DNA of 64,000 nucleotides from an uncultured Verrucomicrobiae bacterium. Its GTDB lineage: Bacteria > Verrucomicrobiota > Verrucomicrobiia > Limisphaerales > Palsa-1400. The notes below the pieces were generated by a model. The model was not told where the DNA came from and did no database searches. It was given only the letters and a program-made list of their open reading frames with translations. Numbering within the stretch: position 1 is the first letter of the stretch; the number at the start of each line of letters is the position of its first letter. The stretch spans positions 116,560 through 180,559 of the forward strand of contig CAVPOM010000008.1 in the NCBI GenBank assembly GCA_963707025.1, written 5' to 3'. The translations under genes were made by a program, and so were the position numbers. This document shows, piece by piece, positions 1 to 11,282 of the stretch.

Positions 1-1
1 A

Positions 2-685
2 TCTGTCGCGTATGTCGAGGCCGAACGCTGGATGGTCCGGTTGGAACGTCAGCTCGCGGCGATTCCCGTAAAGCAGCGGCTGATTGACGGACGCATGTCA
101 GACTTCGCCAGGCTCTCGGATGCCCGCTACCGTTACCAAACTGAAATGCGCGGACGCCGTCCGGAACAGGTGAAGGCGTATCTCGACGCAGCCGCCCGTC
201 TCCATGCCGGCAAATCCTTCGGTGACCTCGCCAGCGAACCTGGCATGACGCTTCTGTCACCGACGGTCGAAGTTTTCTTTGGCTCGGATTCTCTCTCCCG
301 CGCCCGCCGCCAGCGCGCGATGGTTGACCTGACCCTTGAAGCACCACCCACAGGTGCGGATTCCGAAGCCGCCAATGACGAAATTCGCCGGCGCAATTTA
401 AACGTTCTCAATCCACAGCGGGCTGCGCGATTCATCGAAAAGCATTTGGCAGCGAAAGGCGCTCGAATTTCGACCGAACAGTTGCATGTGCTGACCGAAG
501 ACGACTTCCTCGACTTGCTCGCCGTTCTCGCCTTTGATCGCGGGCCGGCGGGTGCCTCACACCGCACCATTCGCTGGCGCATCCACTCTGCCAGAGCAGA
601 TCTCGGCACGGAGCCCGAGCGCATCCCGCGCGACGCCGAGGCTGACCGCCTCGTCGAACGCTTCATTCTTGAAAGGACTTCCTGA
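2..685 (+). CDS. jetA: Wadjet JetA (MukF/kleisin-like), C-terminal part, 5' truncated by window edge
   Basis: Frame is open from position 2; first gene of a tightly packed four-gene unit ahead of jetB/C/D-like genes; called mainly from position. Confidence 0.75.
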   Translation, partial: SVAYVEAERWMVRLERQLAAIPVKQRLIDGRMSDFARLSDARYRYQTEMRGRRPEQVKAYLDAAARLHAGKSFGDLASEPGMTLLSPTVEVFFGSDSLSRARRQRAMVDLTLEAPPTGADSEAANDEIRRRNLNVLNPQRAARFIEKHLAAKGARISTEQLHVLTEDDFLDLLAVLAFDRGPAGASHRTIRWRIHSARADLGTEPERIPRDAEADRLVERFILERTS

Positions 686-686
686 C

Positions 687-1322
687 ATGCCTCTCCCCTG
701 GCCAACATTCTGGCAGCATATTCGGGTGGAAGATCGCGCTGCGCTTTCTGATGTGCTCACCGAACTGCTCGCTCACGGCGCGTTGCTTGGCGATGGCGGC
801 CGTGACCACGAACTCTACATGGTGGCCCGGGAATATCAGCGTGAAATTGGCGAATACCTCGCGCCGTTGCATCTTGAATTGGTGCCTGACCCCGACCGGC
901 CTATTTTCCAGGTCCGCCCTGTGCCCGGCGATTGCGGCCTTATGGCGCGATTCAATAAAGCCGAGACGTTGCTTGTTCTGACGCTCTGGCGGATCTATCA
1001 CGATGCGCGTATGGAGCGGACGGTTGAGACCGTGGTCGTCAGCGCCAACGACATCTGGCAGCGGCTCAAGCTCTACTTTGAACAGGTGGACCTGCCCACT
1101 GCCTCGCAACTCCGTGACATGCTCGGCAAGCTGCGCAATCAACGGCTTGTGCGTTTGCAATGGCACGAGGATCCGAATCAGTTTGGCGAATCTCAGGTGG
1201 AAATCCTGCCCACGCTGGCACGAGCGATTCCATTCGAGAACGAGTCCGCTTGGGAACAGCAGGCTGCATTGTATCAGCAGCCAGACGCCGAAACCGAGGA
1301 GAAGAAGGAGGAAGCGCCGTGA
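687..1322 (+). CDS. jetB: Wadjet JetB (DUF4194, MukE-like)
   Basis: ATG 687 follows the jetA stop (CCTGACATG); ETLLVLTLWRIYHD winged-helix-like segment; about 211 aa. Confidence 0.8.
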   Translation: MPLPWPTFWQHIRVEDRAALSDVLTELLAHGALLGDGGRDHELYMVAREYQREIGEYLAPLHLELVPDPDRPIFQVRPVPGDCGLMARFNKAETLLVLTLWRIYHDARMERTVETVVVSANDIWQRLKLYFEQVDLPTASQLRDMLGKLRNQRLVRLQWHEDPNQFGESQVEILPTLARAIPFENESAWEQQAALYQQPDAETEEKKEEAP

Positions 1323-4300
1323 GCCAGCGCATTTCTCTCACACGCATCATCGCCATCAACTGGTATGGCTTCCGCCAGATTTTCGACGTGGACGATAATG
1401 TCCTTATCTCGGGCGCGTTCGGCACCGGCAAATCGGCATTGCTCGATCTGATGCAATACGTCCTGCTCGGTGAACACTGGCGGGCAAATCGGGCCGCCAC
1501 GGGCAATGCGCGCGGACGAGATCTCGTGGGCTATTGCCTCGGCGACACCAATCAGGCGGGCAAAGATGGCGGCCGTCACTTCCTGCGCCGAGGCGGCGTT
1601 ACCCTCGTCGCGCTGGAGTTCACGCGCCCTTCCAGTCGTTCCGGCAAAGGCTCTGATCGGGAGACATGGGGCGTCCGTCTCGAATATTCCAGTCCGGACG
1701 CAAGGCCAAAACACACGTATTTTTTCATTCCCTCACGGCTCGAATATGCCGACATCGCGCCGAACGGCAAGATGTTGGGCGAGGATGAATTCAAGACTTG
1801 GATTCGACGAGAGGCTTTCACCGACTTTCTCATCACGGAGCGCCAGGGCGACTATTTGAAGGAGATGGCAACCCCGCGCCATCTCAATTTCGATGACACT
1901 GCCTTTCATCGCACTTTTCCGAAGGCCATAGCTTTTGAATTGGAGGAGAACGTGGAACGGTTCATCCGTGAGTTCATCCTGGAGGAAAGCCCACTGGACG
2001 TTCCGCGCGGTCCGCGACGCGCTGCGCGCCTATGAAGATACCCGCAAGCGGTTGGAGACGCAGGAGGATGAAGCGGCGTTTCTCCGGCGCATAGGGGAGC
2101 AGCACGCGCTTTACGAAACCAACCGGCGCGAAGAGGCGATCCACCAGCACACCGCCCATGCGCTTAAGCTCCTGCAGGCAGAGGAGCGCCGCGAACGCCA
2201 CGCCGCCGATTTGAAGCGACTCGAAGAATCCAACGCGGACGACCTCAAAAACTTGAGCAAGGCGACAGAGGAAGCTGCACAAGTCGGCAAACTTCTCAAC
2301 GAAGTCCGGTTCCAAGTCGGCAAGGACCCTGAAGCTGTCAAAATCAACGAATTAGATCGTCAGAAATTGGAGCTTCAACAAGCTGTGCAAGCGCTGCAGG
2401 AGGCTCGAAAGTCCGCACGCCAGCGGCTTGACGATCGGCATTATCGTTGGATGCAGTGGCTCAAACATGGCGCCGCCTTGCCGCTGGCTAATTTGAAGGA
2501 ATTGCTCGTCGTGGACGATAGCCTGTTGGCGAATCTACGCTCCGGAACAGATGCAGAGCGACTCGCGGCGCTCCAAAAACTCGCGGAGCGATTCAATGAG
2601 TTGTGGAATTTAGTCCGGGATCTGACCCGTCCGCTGGAAGAGGAAATCAAGACCGCCAAGAACCGGCTCCAGCAGTTGGCGGAGGATTTGGAGAACCTTT
2701 CCAAGGGCCAGTCACCCGGCGCATTCCCGCTCTTTCAAGCTGTTCGCCAAAAACTCGGCAACCGCGTCGAACAGCTTGGCCGGCTCATCGAAGTGAAGCC
2801 TGAAGCGGAGCGCTGGTGGCCTGCGCTTGAACTTTTCCTAGGCCGCAATCAATTGGTCATTGTTGTGAACGATGTCGCCGATTATGGGCAGGCGCTGGAA
2901 ATTCTGCGAAAGACGCCTGCGGGCCGCGAACCTGAGTCGCTGCTCAATCCCAACGAAGCCCGCCAGCTTCGTGCCGGTGCGCGCGAAGACTCGCTTTTCA
3001 GCAAAGTTGAGGTGGCGCATCCAGTCGCCCGCCATTACGTCGAGCATCTGTTGGGCGACGTGCTCTGTGTCGAGAATATCGAGGAATTGGAATCGGCCGA
3101 CACAGGCCGGGCCATCACGCCTGAAGGAATCTTCAAGCAAGTGCCATTGCGTCGTCGTCTCAAGTCAGCCGCCTCCGTCGAACTCACTTTAGGCCGGCAG
3201 GGACTCGAACGGATGCGGGCCGCGAAGCAAAAAGAGCAGATCAACACGCGGGTAGAGTTCAATGCCCTCCAACAACGGCTCAGCGACGTGCAGACATGGC
3301 TCGACAACGGTCGCAAAGGCGGTTTGGCCGACAGCACTCTGCCAGAGCGCGCCGCGGAACTGCCCCAACTGCCCCAACTTGAGGCTAATCTGGGCCGTGT
3401 GGGTGAGACCATCAAACTATTGATGACACCGGAGCGGGAGGCGCGTCAGAAACATTTGAACAGCCTTGAGAAAACCGAAAAGGAGCTTCTCGCGAAGGTC
3501 GCCGTTCTGACTGAGAGACGAAACAATTTCGAACTGACCACACGACCCGAACGCGAGGGATTGGCGCGGGCGGAACAAGACTCGAAAGATGCGCGATTGG
3601 AAGTCGAAGCCAGCCGCGTCGAACTCAGCCGCCGCTGTAGTGGGATCCTTGACGGCGAACTCACAGAGCGGCGCGATCAATTCCACTCTGAATTTCCGAA
3701 ATGGACGGAATGCTTTTCCAAGGTGGCCGAAGCGTCCGCCCAAGCCGGACAAATCGCCGTGGCGGCTCGGGCGCAGCGAAATGGTGAACGAGAGAAGCTG
3801 GCTACCATCCGTGACGAGCAGGGGAACCTCCGCCATCCCGAATACCAGGGCGAATTCACGATTGACGATGAAAGTAACGAGGGCTGGTCAGCGCGGCTGC
3901 GCGTTTTGGAAGCCGTCGAGTTGGAGAAATCCCGCCAGCTTGCCGCCGACCGAAAACGAGAGTGGGAGCGCCGGCTGGAAGAGAACGTCCTCAACGAACT
4001 GAACCGGCGCATCACCGACGCGCAAAACACGGTTCGTCTGCTGGACCGTTACCTGAGCCAGCCGGTCGGCAAATTTCGCTACCGGCTCAGTCAGCGGAGA
4101 GATTCCGCCGGCTACGGAGCGATCTGGCGATTGCTCGATTCCGGGCTGGAACCGACCGATCCGTTGACCGCAGCCATCCAGGAAACGGAAATTCAGCACG
4201 CCAAAGATGAGTTGATGAAGGCAGTTGACGGAACCGAGCGCAAAGATCCCGAGCAGGATGCGCGCGCATTGCGCCTGCTGGACTACCGGAACTATCACCG

Positions 4301-4736
4301 CTACGACTTGGAAATGGTGCCCGCCGACAAGCCCGAGTCGCCGCCGATTTCGCTTGGCCGCAGCGGCCGCAACCTGAGCGGCGGCGAGGGGCAGGCCCCT
4401 TTCTTCATCTCAATGCTCGCGGCGTTTCGGCGGGTATATGATCGTGGCGACCGCACCTCCGTTCGCTCGCAACAAATTGGTTTAGTCGTCATGGATGAAG
4501 CCTTTTCCAAACTTTCCAGCGACGGCATCGAAGACTGCCTGGCGCTGGCGCGCAGCTTCCAGTTGCAGCTCGTGATGGCTTTCCCGCCAGAGCGCCTCGG
4601 AGTGATGGTGCCGCACGCGGAAACCGTCGTGATGTGTCAAAAGGAGGTCGAGCGCGATGCGGAAGGATACGTCACAAAAATAACCAACATTCCGATGCTC
4701 ACCACAATGGCCGAGGCCATTGAAGCCCTCTCCTGA
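1319..4736 (+). CDS. jetC: Wadjet JetC SMC-like ATPase (one +1 frameshift near 2002)
   Basis: GTG 1319 overlaps the jetB stop; LTRIIAINWYGF, Walker A GAFGTGKS, long coiled coil, signature LSGGEGQ, Walker B VVMDEAF; joins ORFs 1160..2035 and 1935..4736. Confidence 0.9.
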
Positions 4737-4737
4737 C

Positions 4738-5849
4738 ATGAACCCTGCTGACTCGCCAAGCGCCTGCGAACTGTTCTCCCAGTGGCAGCGCGCCCGCGGC
4801 GGGCGCGCGGAGCCGGCTTCACGTCCATTCTCGCGTGGTTGGGAAGACCTGCTCGAAGACGCGCGGCTTGTGTCCGCAACCGAGAGGGGGGAAGCCGAGC
4901 ATGACGTGAGAATGCTCGAAACAAACGGCTGGCTCGAATTGAAATCAGTGCGGTACAAGTCACACCTGATTGATCGCGTTGTCATTCCACTCGATGCCGA
5001 GTTGCGCTGGTGCGAGGCATTCGGTTTTGTGGTTTCGTCCGACGAAGAAAGTCGCCAGGTTCGTGAATTTCCGTGGGAGCCTGAACTGTCGTTCTTGCGC
5101 GAAGCAAGGTTGAATCTTTCCTTCGCCGAACTGTGCCGGGTGAACCAGTTTATAAAGGATCGTGGCCGCGAGCGACCGATTGTACCCATCAAGGAACGGT
5201 CGCTTCAGATTTTCGGGGACGAAAAACGACTGGACACCCTTCTATCCTCGGCGCTTTTCCGCTCTGACCGGCTCAATCTGGCAAAGAATTTGTTGTGTGA
5301 GATCATTGGGGTGCCACTTGCCTGGAAACGCGGTCCGTCAGCGGCATCCATGCAGCCGGTCATCGCTATCGAGAACGCTGCGACCTGGCACTCCTACTGT
5401 CGTTGGAACGTAGAGAGGAATCTGTTCAGCGCTGTTGTTTATGGCGATGGCAATCGTTTCGTTGATGGCATCCGTTATTTGAGGGATCTTTTCACTGAAC
5501 TCGGGGGCCTCGCTGCGTGTTATACTTTGGCGACCTCGACCCCCAAGGTTTGGTGATTCCGCAGGAAGCGTCTGCTCGCGCCCGGGCTGCTGGTCTGCCT
5601 GCGATTGAGCCTCATCTGTGGAGTTATCGCCAGTTGTTGACTTTGGGTGTCGGGTGCAGTCAGCCCTGGAAAGGTGAGCAGCCATCGTCCACGCTCTGCG
5701 ATTGGCTGGGATCCTGTGCGGAACCGACGCGTCAGCTTTTTGCCGCCGGGCACCGTTTGGCACAGGAGCATGTGGGTTGGGAGTTTCTCCTATCCAACAA
5801 ACCTTTCCCAGAGAACGTTATGACGCATCCGGAAAGGCCTGAACAGTGA
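4738..5849 (+). CDS. jetD: Wadjet JetD TOPRIM nuclease (DUF2220-like; frameshift near 5507)
   Basis: ERSLQIFGDEKRLD, AIENAATW, YGDGN and YFGDLDPQG TOPRIM motifs across ORFs 4720..5556 and 5517..5849; one base missing in the GGGGGCC run. Confidence 0.88.
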
Positions 5850-7721
5850 CGACCCTTCGGAAACAGCACCGTATTGGGGACCGTTGTCCTCCTCTTGGCG
5901 TATTCGCGCGCGCAGGCGCTCGACAGTCAACTGGCGCTGACGAACGCGACCTTGGTGGTGAGCGTGAACACCTCCAATGCCACATTCTCGGTGCTCGACC
6001 GGCGGACGGGACGTCTCTGGACCCAGCGGGCCGTTCCGGTGGAGGTCGCTGTCACAGAAGCGCGTTTGGAATCCAACGAGATTGACCTGGGGCTGCGCCT
6101 TGTCCCGTCGGGTTTGGTCCTGAAAGCGCGCATTGTGCTCGAGGCGGCCAAGCCGAAGTTCACCTTCAGCCTGATTGGGGAGGGTGCCTTGTCCCGCCCG
6201 GTGCGTTATCCTTATCCCTTTGCGACTGAGCCATCAGACCGGTTGGTGGTGCCGATGAATGAGGGGATTTCTTTTCCAGTCGAGGACAAATCCATCGAAA
6301 CCTTTCGTTTGATTGCCTACGGCGGGCATGGGATTTGCATGGCGTTCTGGGGAGTGACCGATGACCGGCAGGGACACGCTGTTATCATCGAGACGCCCGA
6401 CGATGCCGCCATCCACCTGGTGCGCCTTGAGGATCGTCTGGCAGTTGCGCCGGAATGGGATACGCAGAAGGGGCAGTTCGGTTACGCGCGACGGCTGCGA
6501 TATGTTTTCTTCGACGGCGGCGGGCATGTGGCCACTGCCAAACGATACCGGGAATATGTGCGGCAGAAGGGCCTCCTGAAAACCCTGGCAGAAAAGCGTG
6601 GCGAGAATCCCAACGTGGATCTTCTGGTCGGCGCGGTCAACATCTGGAACTGGGACGCCGACCCGGTGCAGTTGGCCACACAAATGCGGTCGGCTGGCAT
6701 TGAGCGGATCCTCTGGAGCCGCGGCGGTTCGGGGAATGCGCTCCGCAGTTTGAACGACATGAAAGTGCTCACCAGCCGCTACGACATCTACCAGGACACG
6801 ATGAATCCGTCCAATTTCCCATTTCTGGCCGGAATTCACCCGGACTGGACGACCGCCGGGTGGCCTGCCGACATTATTCGTCAGGCCAACGGCGACTGGC
6901 GGCATGGTTGGGGAGTCAAAGGCACCAATGGCATCATGTACGATTGCGGTGTTCTCTGCGACAGCCGGGCGCTGGACTACGCCCGGGCGCGCATCCCGGC
7001 GGAGCTGGCGACGCGCCCTTACCTCTGCCGCTTCATCGACACCACCACCGCCTCACCGTGGAACGAGTGCTACGATCCTCATCACCCGATGACCCGGACC
7101 GAGAGCCGGGAATGGAAGATGAAGCTGCTGGATTATGTCTCGCACGACTGCAAACTGGTCACCGGCAGCGAGACCGGCCACGATGCGGCGGTGCCGTTCG
7201 TGGATTATTTCGAAGGGATGCTCAGCCTTGGCCCATACCGCGTGCCTGACGCCGGGCGGGACATGAAGCGCATTTGGGATGACCCTCCCGAACGCGTCGC
7301 CAAGTTCCAGCTTGGCCAGGCGTATCGTTTGCCCCTCTGGGAGCTGGTTTATCATGATTGCGTCGTGGCACAGTGGTATTGGGGCGACTACAACAACAAA
7401 TTGCCGGCGCTGTGGGACAAGCGTGACCTGTTCAACGTCCTTTACGGCACGCCGCCCATGTTTATGTTCGACAAGAAACTCTGGGAGGCTCAGAAAGCGA
7501 GGTTCGTGCAAAGTTACACCAACACCTGTCCTTACGTTCGGGCCGCAGGTTATTCCGAAATGACCGACCACCGCATTCTGACGGCGGATCGCAACGTCCA
7601 GCAGACGGTCTTTGCCAATGGTGTCATGATCACCGTCAACTTCGGGACCACACCGTTTCGTCTGGGTTCCGGAGAGAACCTGCCGCCGGGCGGATTTCGC
7701 GCAGATGGAATGCCAAAATAA
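5846..7721 (+). CDS. Secreted glycoside hydrolase, GH129/GHL-like
   Basis: Signal-peptide-like N-terminus; RFIDTTTASPWNECY, VTGSETGHD and PLWELVYHDC motifs; likely start GTG 5846 with a +1 indel near 5862, alternative start TTG 5874. Confidence 0.6.
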
Positions 7722-7728
7722 AGGAGAC

Positions 7729-10027
7729 ATGAAATCCTTGACCTCTGGTTCATATTTGAAGGTCCTTTCGTTCTGGTTTTGCCTGCTCGGCGGACTCCTC
7801 CCGGCCAACTTGCCGGCCCAGTCGGCTCCCTGGCAACCCATCGGCATCTCGGGTGGCGGTGGCATGTTCACGCCCGCGATTTCTCCGGCGGACCCAAATT
7901 TGATGATGCTGAACTGCGACATGAGCGCCGCCTACATCTCGGAAGACGGCGGCCGCAACTGGCGCATGATCGCCCACGCCCAACTGCGCAGCGATACCGT
8001 CTGCCGTCCGGCATTTCACCCGGCCGATTCAAACGTCCTCTACGCCTCCTCCGGCGGACGGCTCAAAATCAGCCGTGACCGGGGCAAAACCTTCGCGCCC
8101 CTCGGCAATCTCAGGGATTCCCTGGGCGGAGAGATCGCCATCAATCCGTCGGACGCAAAGATCATTCTGGCCGGCTCGCGCAGTGGCCGCTGCTGGCTCT
8201 CGCGCGATGCGGGGGAAACGTGGGCGGCGTGCCAGGGGCCGGCAGGCCAGGTGATCGCCTTTCACTTTGACCGCACCCGGCAAGGCCGCTCGATGTTCGC
8301 CGCCACGGACAGAGGCATCTGGCGATCCGACGACGGCGGGCAAACGTGGGCGGAGAAAACCCAGGGCCTGCCATGGAAGGAGATTCAAGGTTTCGCCGGC
8401 GGCTCGGACGCTGGCGGGGAATCTCGTCATGCTGTACTGCTCCATCCGAAGCAAGGACGAGAACGGCGTGTTCACGGGCGGCCTCTACCGCTCGCGGGAC
8501 CGGGGCGAAACCTGGGAATCAGCGATGGGCCAGGGCCTCAACACTGAGACGAAGACAGCCGACCAGTGGGCCTACGGTTCCATTTCGCAATACTACCAAC
8601 TGCTCGCGACCGACGCGAAGCCGCTCACCGTTTATGCCTTCAACACCAGCACCGGCTTCAGTCCGCCGCACAGCGACACGGTGTATCGCAGCGACGACGG
8701 CGGCGAAACGTGGCGCGCGACTTACTTCCAGGACCCGCGTTTCAAGAATTACAACGTCGCGCCCGGATTGGGAAACCGCCTCGTGCGGGCAATGCTTCAA
8801 GGGCGGCGAGACACCCTTCGGCGTGGCCATCTGCAACACCGATCCCAACCGGGTGATCCTCGTGCGCAACGAGCCGCACATCACCCATGACGGAGGCGCG
8901 GCGTGGTTCGGCGGGCACACTTATCCCGCGCCCGGCCAGAAGCCCGGCCCGCGCTCCGCCTGGGTTTGCAACGGCCTGGTCGTCACCACCACCTGGCATT
9001 TCTACATTGATCCGTTCGAACCGAACCGCCACTACATATGCTACACCGACATCGGGCTGGCCCGCTCCACCGACGCCGGCCAGAGCTGGATTTGGTGGGA
9101 CCCGAAGTCGTGGTCGCCGTGGCGGAACACCTGTTACGAGATGGCGTTTGATCCCGAGACGCCCGGCAAAATTTGGGGCGCGTTCTCCGACGTGCATGAC
9201 ATCCCGAACGACAACATCATCACCGAGCGCCACGGCCATCAGGGTCCCGGCGGCGTCTGCCTCTCGACCAGACTTCGGCGTGTCGTGGAAAAGCCAAACG
9301 GAAGGGCTGCCGCGCAAACCGGTGACCTCCATCGTGCTTGATCCGGCGAGTCCGAAGAACGCGCGCACGCTCTACGCCGGCGTGTTTGACGAAGGCGTCT
9401 TCAAGTCCACCGATGACGGAAAGACATGGGTGCTGAAGAAAACCGGCCTGGGGCATCCCGACAACATGCGCGTCTATCGGGTGATTCTCCACCGCGACGG
9501 CACGCTTTTCGCCGTCATCTGCGCCAAGCGGCCCGCCTCCGGCCAACCGCTCATGCCCGAAGGCGTCGGCCTCTATCGTTCCAAAGACGGGGCGGAACTT
9601 GGGAGAAGATCAACGCCTCCACGACCGCTGCTCTACCCCAAGGACTTCTCCGTCGATCCCCGCAACAGCCGCCGAATCCTGCTGGGCGCGGCGGACGCTG
9701 GCCGCGAGCGACCAATCCGGCGGCCTCTACCTCACCGAGGACGGCGGCCAAACCTGGCAGCGCATCGGCCGCCAAGGGCCGCAGACTTTCGGCGGCTATT
9801 TCCATCCCAAGCACGACGGCTGGATTTATATGACCCTGACCGAAGACGCGCCCGGGGCGGGCCTGTGGCTCTCGCGCGACAACGGGAAGAGCTGGCGGGC
9901 GTTCGATGAACTGCCGTTCTCGAACATCCAGCGTGTCGAGTTCGATCCGGCCAACGATGCCATAATCCATGTGACGACCTTCGGCGGCAGCGTGTGGCGC
10001 GGGCCAGCGACACCGGCCGGACAATGA
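7729..10027 (+). CDS. Secreted BNR/Asp-box repeat beta-propeller protein (GH74/VPS10-like), multiple frameshifts
   Basis: RBS AGGAG + ATG 7729, signal peptide, many SxDxGxTW Asp-boxes continuing through successive frames (shifts near 8415, 8768, 9270, 9595, 9620, 9705). Confidence 0.8.
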
Positions 10028-10279
10028 ATGAGTCGTCTCCGTCCATGGCTGTTTCTCCGTGGCCAGTCCGAAAGGTGCGGCAGACGCGGGGGGCATGCAG
10101 TGTAGCCGAGCCGTCACGACGGCATTTCACCAGCCGGACGTTGGCCGGGCGGAACGCCTCAACAAACCCCATGCGGGGACGTCCACTTAACCGGATTTGC
10201 CCAACCGTTTTGTCGCAAACAAGGCAAATGGATTGGTTGCGAATCAGACCCCACAATGCTATTTCTAAGCGAAGAAAAG

Positions 10280-11260
10280 ATGCCGCGCTCTGATTTATTG
10301 CTCTCTCTCGTTCGCGCCAGCAGGCGCGGCGACCGGAGCCTGCTCCAAAAAACGGTGGAGGCAATCGCCGCCGAAGAGCGGGCGAAGAAGCACCATGTCT
10401 TGGCGGACCAACTCATCGGGCTCCTCAAAGAGAGCGATGACACCGTCGTTCCGGACAATCAACCGAAATTCAACGGTGCTCTTCACGGACCACTTTGGTA
10501 TGAAATGTTGCCCTCACGCAGCCTGTCCTCCCTGGTTCTCCCTGACTCGGTGACGGTTGGCTGCACCGAGTTGGTGGAGGAACAAATGCGGTCCGAGCTC
10601 CTTCGCTCGCACGGATTGGAGCCACGGAACAGGGTCCTCTTAACCGGCCCACCGGGAAATGGCAAGACCGCGTTGGCCGAAGCACTCGCCGAAGGGATGA
10701 CCGTGCCCCTCGTCATCGTGCGTTACGAATCCATCATCGGAAGTTATCTCGGCGAGACTTCCTCTCGACTGAGCAAACTTTTCGATTATGTGCGGGGGCG
10801 TCATTGCGTGCTCTTCCTGGATGAATTTGACACTTTGGGAAAAGAACGAGGTGATGAGCGAGAAACGGGCGAGATTAAGCGGGTCGTCAGCACACTTTTG
10901 CTTCAGGTGGATGCAATACCAACGCATGTCGTGGTTGTGGCTGCCACAAACCACCACGAAACTCTGGACCGGGCAGTTTGGCGACGGTTCCAACTGCGCC
11001 TCGCACTCCCCGCCCCATCGCTCGAACAAGCGACCACTTGGATCGAACGGGAGGTGAAACGATTTAATTGGGACACCGGATTTGCAGCCAAAACACTCGC
11101 GACGAAACTCGCAGCCTCAAGTTTCTCAGAACTGGAGGACTTCTGCCTGGACGTGCAGCGTCGCATTGTGTTAGCACAAGGAGAACTCAAGACCACTGAA
11201 ATAATTGCAACACGTTTAGCCTACTGGTCGCAGCGCGTGAAACCGAAAGACCCACGCTAA
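10280..11260 (+). CDS. ietA: AAA+ ATPase, IetA-like
   Basis: Walker A GPPGNGKT, Walker B LFLDEFD, ETGEIKRVV, ATNH, LDRAVWRRF; directly upstream of an S8 protease. Confidence 0.85.
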   Translation: MPRSDLLLSLVRASRRGDRSLLQKTVEAIAAEERAKKHHVLADQLIGLLKESDDTVVPDNQPKFNGALHGPLWYEMLPSRSLSSLVLPDSVTVGCTELVEEQMRSELLRSHGLEPRNRVLLTGPPGNGKTALAEALAEGMTVPLVIVRYESIIGSYLGETSSRLSKLFDYVRGRHCVLFLDEFDTLGKERGDERETGEIKRVVSTLLLQVDAIPTHVVVVAATNHHETLDRAVWRRFQLRLALPAPSLEQATTWIEREVKRFNWDTGFAAKTLATKLAASSFSELEDFCLDVQRRIVLAQGELKTTEIIATRLAYWSQRVKPKDPR

Positions 11261-11282
11261 CATTTTGCCAACACCGGCCATC

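Noticed and set aside
1990..2035. Programmed ribosomal frameshift in jetC
   Set aside because: No slippery heptamer; it is one of many similar indels.
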